Source: Myxococcota bacterium
GTDB taxonomy: Bacteria > Myxococcota > JACRCW01
Length of the DNA: 20,458 nt
Direction of reading: 5' to 3'
Assembly (NCBI GenBank): GCA_040752415.1
Contig: JBFMGU010000192.1
Location: forward strand, 1-20,458
The notes under the pieces are model-generated. The model worked only from the letters and a program-made list of their open reading frames with translations, was not told the origin of the DNA and did not search any database. Within the stretch, counting starts at the first letter, position 1; each line of letters begins with the position of its first letter. A program made the position numbers and the translations under genes. Positions 16,509-20,458 of the stretch are shown one piece after another.

Positions 16509-16533
16509 ATCTCCAACTGCAACGAGGGCGCCT

Positions 16534-16563
16534 TTCCTACGAGCGATGCCTGCCGCGTGTCAA
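16534..16563 (-). promoter_or_regulatory. Putative sigma70 promoter for tRNA-Arg
   Basis: Perfect -35 TTGACA-N18-TAGGAA, followed by GC-rich AGGCGCCC. Confidence 0.55.
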
Positions 16564-16606
16564 CGTTTGTGTTCGAGATCGCGCGGCCGTGCTCGACGAG
16601 AAAAAC

Positions 16607-16700
16607 TGGCGGAGAGGGAGGGATTCGAACCCTCGATAGGGGAATGACCCCCTATAACGGTTTAGCAAACCGCCGCCTTCAGCCTCTCGGCCACCTCTCC
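16607..16700 (-). tRNA. tRNA-Ser (GCT), CCA encoded
   Basis: GGAGAGG acceptor stem, anticodon loop TT-GCT-AA, long variable arm, GAGGG-TTCGAAT-CCCTC and a 3' GCCA end. Confidence 0.97.
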
Positions 16701-16715
16701 AAAGCGGGGACGCGG

Positions 16716-16750
16716 CTCTTACTCTCCTTGCCTGCCCCGTGCAACGTCAA
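16716..16750 (-). promoter_or_regulatory. Putative promoter for tRNA-Ser
   Basis: TTGCAC-N17-TAAGAG followed by a GC-rich discriminator CCGCGTCCCC. A second TTGACG hexamer lies immediately upstream. Confidence 0.45.
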
Positions 16751-16757
16751 AAAGCAT

Positions 16758-17603
16758 TCACCCCGCGCTGCGCACCGTCTCCGACGACGTCATGAACCGC
16801 TGGATCTCCTCCAGCGTCCGCTCCGGCTGCTCCTCCGGCGGGGTGTGGGCACAGCCCGGGATCACGGTCAGCGTGGCCCCCGGCAGCAACGACTGGAACT
16901 GTCGGCCCAGCTCCAGCGGATAGATGCGGTCCAGCTCACCCCAGACCAGGTGCACCGGCACCTTGATGCGACGCAGGATGTCCGGGAACTCCGGCGTGGG
17001 CACCACCGTGTGGCGCAGCATGGCGTACGCCGCCACCCGCCCGCCCGGCAGGTTCAGGCAGCGGTAGACCTCGTCCACCATCTCGTCGCTGACGTTGCGC
17101 GGGTCGGTGAAGACGTCCGACTTGAAATACTGCTTCACCGCGGCGCGCGTGTAGCCCTTGATGAACAGCGGCTTCCCCACCACCGGCAGCAGGACCAGCT
17201 TCCCCAGCAGCGGCATGGGATGCGGCAGCCCCTGCGAGTTGATGAGCAGCAGACGGGAGACGCGGTCGGGGTGCCGCGCGGTCAGGTAGCTGGCCACCTT
17301 CCCGCCCATGGAATGGCCCACCACGCCGGCACCGCTCACGCCCAGCGACTCCAGCAGCTTGGCCACGCGGTCGGCGAGATAGGGCGCGTCGTAGGGGCAG
17401 GTGGAGGGGTCGGGGCGGGAGCTGTCACCGTGGCCGGGCAGGTCCGGGGCAATGACGCGGAAGCTCTGCGCCAGGCGCGGGATGAGGCCGCTCCAGACCT
17501 TGTGGCTCACAATGAAGCCGTGGATGAGCACCAGCGGTGGGCCCTTGCCCTCGTCGACGTAACAGAGCGTCTCACCCGCCACGTTCAGGAACTTCTTCTC
17601 CAT
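16758..17603 (-). CDS. Alpha/beta fold hydrolase (Ser-Asp-His triad)
   Basis: LVLIHGF, DLPGHGDS, nucleophile elbow GHSMGG, WGELD and CAHTPPEEQP. GGAGGGG precedes ATG 17603. Confidence 0.93.
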   Translation of the reverse strand: MEKKFLNVAGETLCYVDEGKGPPLVLIHGFIVSHKVWSGLIPRLAQSFRVIAPDLPGHGDSSRPDPSTCPYDAPYLADRVAKLLESLGVSGAGVVGHSMGGKVASYLTARHPDRVSRLLLINSQGLPHPMPLLGKLVLLPVVGKPLFIKGYTRAAVKQYFKSDVFTDPRNVSDEMVDEVYRCLNLPGGRVAAYAMLRHTVVPTPEFPDILRRIKVPVHLVWGELDRIYPLELGRQFQSLLPGATLTVIPGCAHTPPEEQPERTLEEIQRFMTSSETVRSAG

Positions 17604-17614
17604 CACCCCTCCGC

Positions 17615-18538
17615 TCACAGCCGCTGGCCGAGACCAAATGGAAGACTGCTGAGAATGCCGCCCGGCACCGCACGCGCGCGCTTGGTGAGCACCTGGCCAA
17701 TCACCACGGCCAGCGGCGGAGCCAGCACCCCGGCCACCACGGCGACGGCGAACGTGGCCACCCAGACCAATGGCACCGGCACCAGCAGGCTGAGCACGAA
17801 CGCCGTCCCGCCCACTGCCGCCACCGCGCCGCTGGCGAGCAGCCCGAGCGCCACCACCGGGCCCATGCGCGTCTCCCAGTCCTGGCTGAACGTGCCCAGC
17901 CCCGCGGCGATGAGGCCGGAGATCACGGCGGAGGACATGATGGAGAAGAACAGACCACCCAGCATGAGCCCGGCGTTGGTGCCGAAGATCTTCGCGCCCT
18001 CGGAGCGCGTGGCCTGCTCGCCCACCATCTGCGGGAGCAACAGCGGGAAGTCCCAGACCAGTCGACCACTCGCGAGGGAGGCCGCGCCCAACGTCGACAC
18101 CACGGCAATCGCCGTCGAGGCCAGCAGGCCACCCACCAGCATCCCCGCCATCAGCCCCACCTCCATGCCGCGGAACCGGCTGGCGAAGGGACGCTCGGCG
18201 GGCGGCGGCACGTCGGCGGGGGCCACGCTGTCCAGCGGCGGGGGCGCGTACTGGCCGCCCTGCTCTTCCGTCGTCATGGAGGGCGGCGCCTCACCGGCGG
18301 GCGCGGCACCGGAGTCCAGCGCGGGCGGAGCATTGGCGTCCAGCGCGGGTGGGGCGTTGGCGTCGGTGGCGGCCGGCGCGGGCTCCTCGGGCGCGGGTTG
18401 GGTCTGGGGCGGCGTGGCCTGATCCGGGGCGGGCGCGGGTTGCGCCGCGGACTCCTGCGCGGCGGGCGCCGGGGCTTCCTGCGCCGTCGCCACGACGGGG
18501 ACAAACACCAGCAACAAGGTCAACAGGGCGGTCCGCAT
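17615..18538 (-). CDS. Hypothetical membrane protein: signal peptide, Pro/Ala-rich repetitive linker, several Gly-rich TM segments
   Basis: Signal ending ATA-QE, a repeated DANAPPAL unit and about 4 hydrophobic segments. Confidence 0.7.
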   Translation of the reverse strand: MRTALLTLLLVFVPVVATAQEAPAPAAQESAAQPAPAPDQATPPQTQPAPEEPAPAATDANAPPALDANAPPALDSGAAPAGEAPPSMTTEEQGGQYAPPPLDSVAPADVPPPAERPFASRFRGMEVGLMAGMLVGGLLASTAIAVVSTLGAASLASGRLVWDFPLLLPQMVGEQATRSEGAKIFGTNAGLMLGGLFFSIMSSAVISGLIAAGLGTFSQDWETRMGPVVALGLLASGAVAAVGGTAFVLSLLVPVPLVWVATFAVAVVAGVLAPPLAVVIGQVLTKRARAVPGGILSSLPFGLGQRL

Positions 18539-18650
18539 CGACGAGCTCCCGGCCGGTCCGCACGCGAGTCGCGGCGAGCCGTTGAGCGCGCGCGTCTAGC
18601 GCAGGCGGCTCCGCCCTCGCAATGCGAGGAGTCGGAGCGCCCCAACCTGC

Positions 18651-19943
18651 TCACTTGCCCTTGAGGAACTGCGCGCACGCCGAGCCGGGCGGTGGCGGCG
18701 GGTCGGCGGGGAACGAGCCCAGGGCCGCGCCGGCAAGCTGCCCGCTCACGCTCGAGGCGTTCGTCGTCAGGTCACCGCGCAGCACGTGGATCTCCCGCCC
18801 CTGGCGGAGCAACGCCCCATCTGCCAGCCGCGGCATGAGGTGCTGCTCCAGGGCGGCGTGGAGGCGGCGCGCGCTCCGCTCGTCGTCCATGACAATGCGC
18901 CAGGCGGCGCTTCCGTCGGGGTAGAGGGCCATGCGGTCGCCGCCCCAGCCTTCCGCCGCCACGCCCGCGTCCTCCTTCTGCGTCAGGTCGTGCAGCAGCC
19001 AGGCAATGGCCCACTCACCCATGGTCAGCTCCACCCGCGGCGCGCCCGCCAGCGCCGGCAGGGACACCTTCACCGGCGGATCCATGCGGCGCAGGTACTT
19101 CTCCACGTGCATGGCCTGCTCGGTGCTCTGCGGCGGCCGACAGATGACCCGCAGGTTGTGCTCCCGCCCCAACACGCGCTCGGTCTGCCAGACGAAGCGG
19201 CTGCCGGCGACGTACGAGGTGAAGATGCCGTCGCGGATGAAGGCCGGTGCGGCGGCGGCGGCGCCCACGGAGCCCATCCGCTTCATGGCCTCGGTCATCA
19301 CCGGGGTCCACATCAGGAACGTCTGCCCCTCGCCCAGCGCCACGCCGGGGGGACCGGGGAACGGCGCGCTGAGGAAGCCGCCGGCGCGGTTGCCCACCAC
19401 CGTGGCGTGGCCTTCCATGGCCCACTGGAGGGCGCGGGTGCGGTCGTCGTCGTCACCGCGGGCGGCCATGGCCACGCCCAGCCCCAGCGCCTGGTCCTGC
19501 GCCGCGTGCGTCAGCTCGTGCGCCACCGTCACGCTCTCGCCCAGCGCATCCAGCGGACCAAAGCGCTCCACGTTGTAGAAGCGGCCCGTCTTGGGGCTGT
19601 AGAACGCCGCCGCCTGCTCCTCCATGAAACCCAGGATGGCTTCCTTGAGCTGCGTCCCCGGCGGCACGAAGCCAAAGCGCTCCATCAGCGTGCCCTGGCC
19701 AACGAGGTCCACCTGGGCCGTCTCCTCCTCCAGCTCCCGCTGCATCTTCTCGCGGGCTTCCTTGACGCTCAGGTTTTCAAACGGGACCTCCCGGATGATA
19801 GGGAGCCCGCTGAACAGCTCCACCATGGCCAACGCCGGACCGTGAAGGAACCGGGCAAGAGGAGTGGCATCCAACCTGGCAGGCTGGCAGAAGAGGACAA
19901 CGGCCGCCGGCAACAGCAGCCCCACAATGGCTCGACGATGCAT
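18651..19943 (-). CDS. Exported HExxH (zincin-like) protein, putative Zn metallopeptidase
   Basis: Signal peptide, [17 protein letters not shown], downstream EGHAT, PPQSTEQ and GWGGD. Confidence 0.72.
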   Translation of the reverse strand: MHRRAIVGLLLPAAVVLFCQPARLDATPLARFLHGPALAMVELFSGLPIIREVPFENLSVKEAREKMQRELEEETAQVDLVGQGTLMERFGFVPPGTQLKEAILGFMEEQAAAFYSPKTGRFYNVERFGPLDALGESVTVAHELTHAAQDQALGLGVAMAARGDDDDRTRALQWAMEGHATVVGNRAGGFLSAPFPGPPGVALGEGQTFLMWTPVMTEAMKRMGSVGAAAAAPAFIRDGIFTSYVAGSRFVWQTERVLGREHNLRVICRPPQSTEQAMHVEKYLRRMDPPVKVSLPALAGAPRVELTMGEWAIAWLLHDLTQKEDAGVAAEGWGGDRMALYPDGSAAWRIVMDDERSARRLHAALEQHLMPRLADGALLRQGREIHVLRGDLTTNASSVSGQLAGAALGSFPADPPPPPGSACAQFLKGK

Positions 19944-20029
19944 GTTGGCCCATACACAGGATCGCACGGTTTCAAGTCAAGAAAAATCGTTCCAAATCAA
20001 CCACTTCTGAATCAGGCACAGTTCCCGCC

Positions 20030-20458
20030 ATGTCGCTCCCCATCCTCAATGGCCAAGAATCTCCCAGAGCACCCAAGCCGCCCTGGCTCCGGGTGAAGGC
20101 GCCCTCGGGAGAAACGTTCGAGAACCTCCGAAGGTTGCGGGAGGGGCTGCGGTTGCACACGGTGTGCGAGAGCGCGGCGTGTCCCAACCTGGGGGAGTGC
20201 TGGGGTCGGGGGACGGCCACGTTCATGATCCTGGGCAACATCTGCACGCGCGCGTGCCGGTTCTGTGACGTGCAGAGTGGTCGCCCGGACCCGCTGGATC
20301 CCGACGAGCCCGCACGCGTGGCGGAAGCGGTGGCCAAGCTGGGACTGAAGTTTGCGGTCATCACCTCCGTGGCGCGCGACGACCTCTCCGACGGCGGCGC
20401 CCGCGGCTTTGCCGACGTGCTGACCGCGGTGCGCCAGGCCGCGCCCGACTGTGGCCTG
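20030..20458 (+). CDS. lipA: Lipoyl synthase (5' part, runs off the window; missing from the ORF track)
   Basis: Manual translation: [25 protein letters not shown]...[17 protein letters not shown] (CX4CX5C)...[20 protein letters not shown] (CX3CX2C)...[15 protein letters not shown]. Confidence 0.97.
   Translation, partial: MSLPILNGQESPRAPKPPWLRVKAPSGETFENLRRLREGLRLHTVCESAACPNLGECWGRGTATFMILGNICTRACRFCDVQSGRPDPLDPDEPARVAEAVAKLGLKFAVITSVARDDLSDGGARGFADVLTAVRQAAPDCGL

Noticed and set aside
16435..16700. tRNA genes as prophage or island attachment sites
   Set aside because: I saw no duplicated tRNA 3' end in the window, there is no integrase, and the flanks look like core genes.
18607..18638. 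Hairpin GCTCCG-CCCTCGC-AAT-GCGAGG-AGT-CGGAGC after the HExxH gene
   Set aside because: There is no U-tract on either strand and it overlaps a possible TTGCGA-N18-TAGACG promoter, so it is too ambiguous to call.
20014..20029. Sigma54-like GG-N10-GC (AGGCACAGTTCCCGCC) before lipA
   Set aside because: The -12 match is poor and it abuts the ATG, which would put the transcription start inside the CDS.
19972..20364. Minus-strand 130-aa ORF at the window end
   Set aside because: It is the antisense shadow of lipA, which carries the diagnostic cysteine motifs on the plus strand.

Overview
High-GC bacterial chromosome segment, most likely Myxococcota (inferred from a Dif-like cheW-cheY-cheA-cheC cluster and Cys-rich lipoproteins). 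Left to right: a minus-strand operon of three genes (ThuA-like lipoprotein, YkgJ-type Cys-cluster protein, Ig-domain lipoprotein); a small membrane-protein gene whose last 63 bp are duplicated 456 bp downstream around a single, apparently frameshifted coiled-coil gene; pterin carbinolamine dehydratase, M20 hydrolase and SRPBCC genes; a membrane-anchored exported protein and a 1158-aa FG-GAP-repeat lipoprotein; mnmG; the Dif-like cluster with no adjacent receptor gene; tRNA-Arg(ACG) and tRNA-Ser(GCT); an alpha/beta hydrolase; a membrane protein; an HExxH protein; and the 5' part of lipA. Most of the window is ordinary housekeeping or accessory content. The most unusual item is the integrase-free single-gene islet at 3807-4325, whose flanking repeats differ only at synonymous positions. 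All family assignments come from reading motifs by eye; no database search was run.
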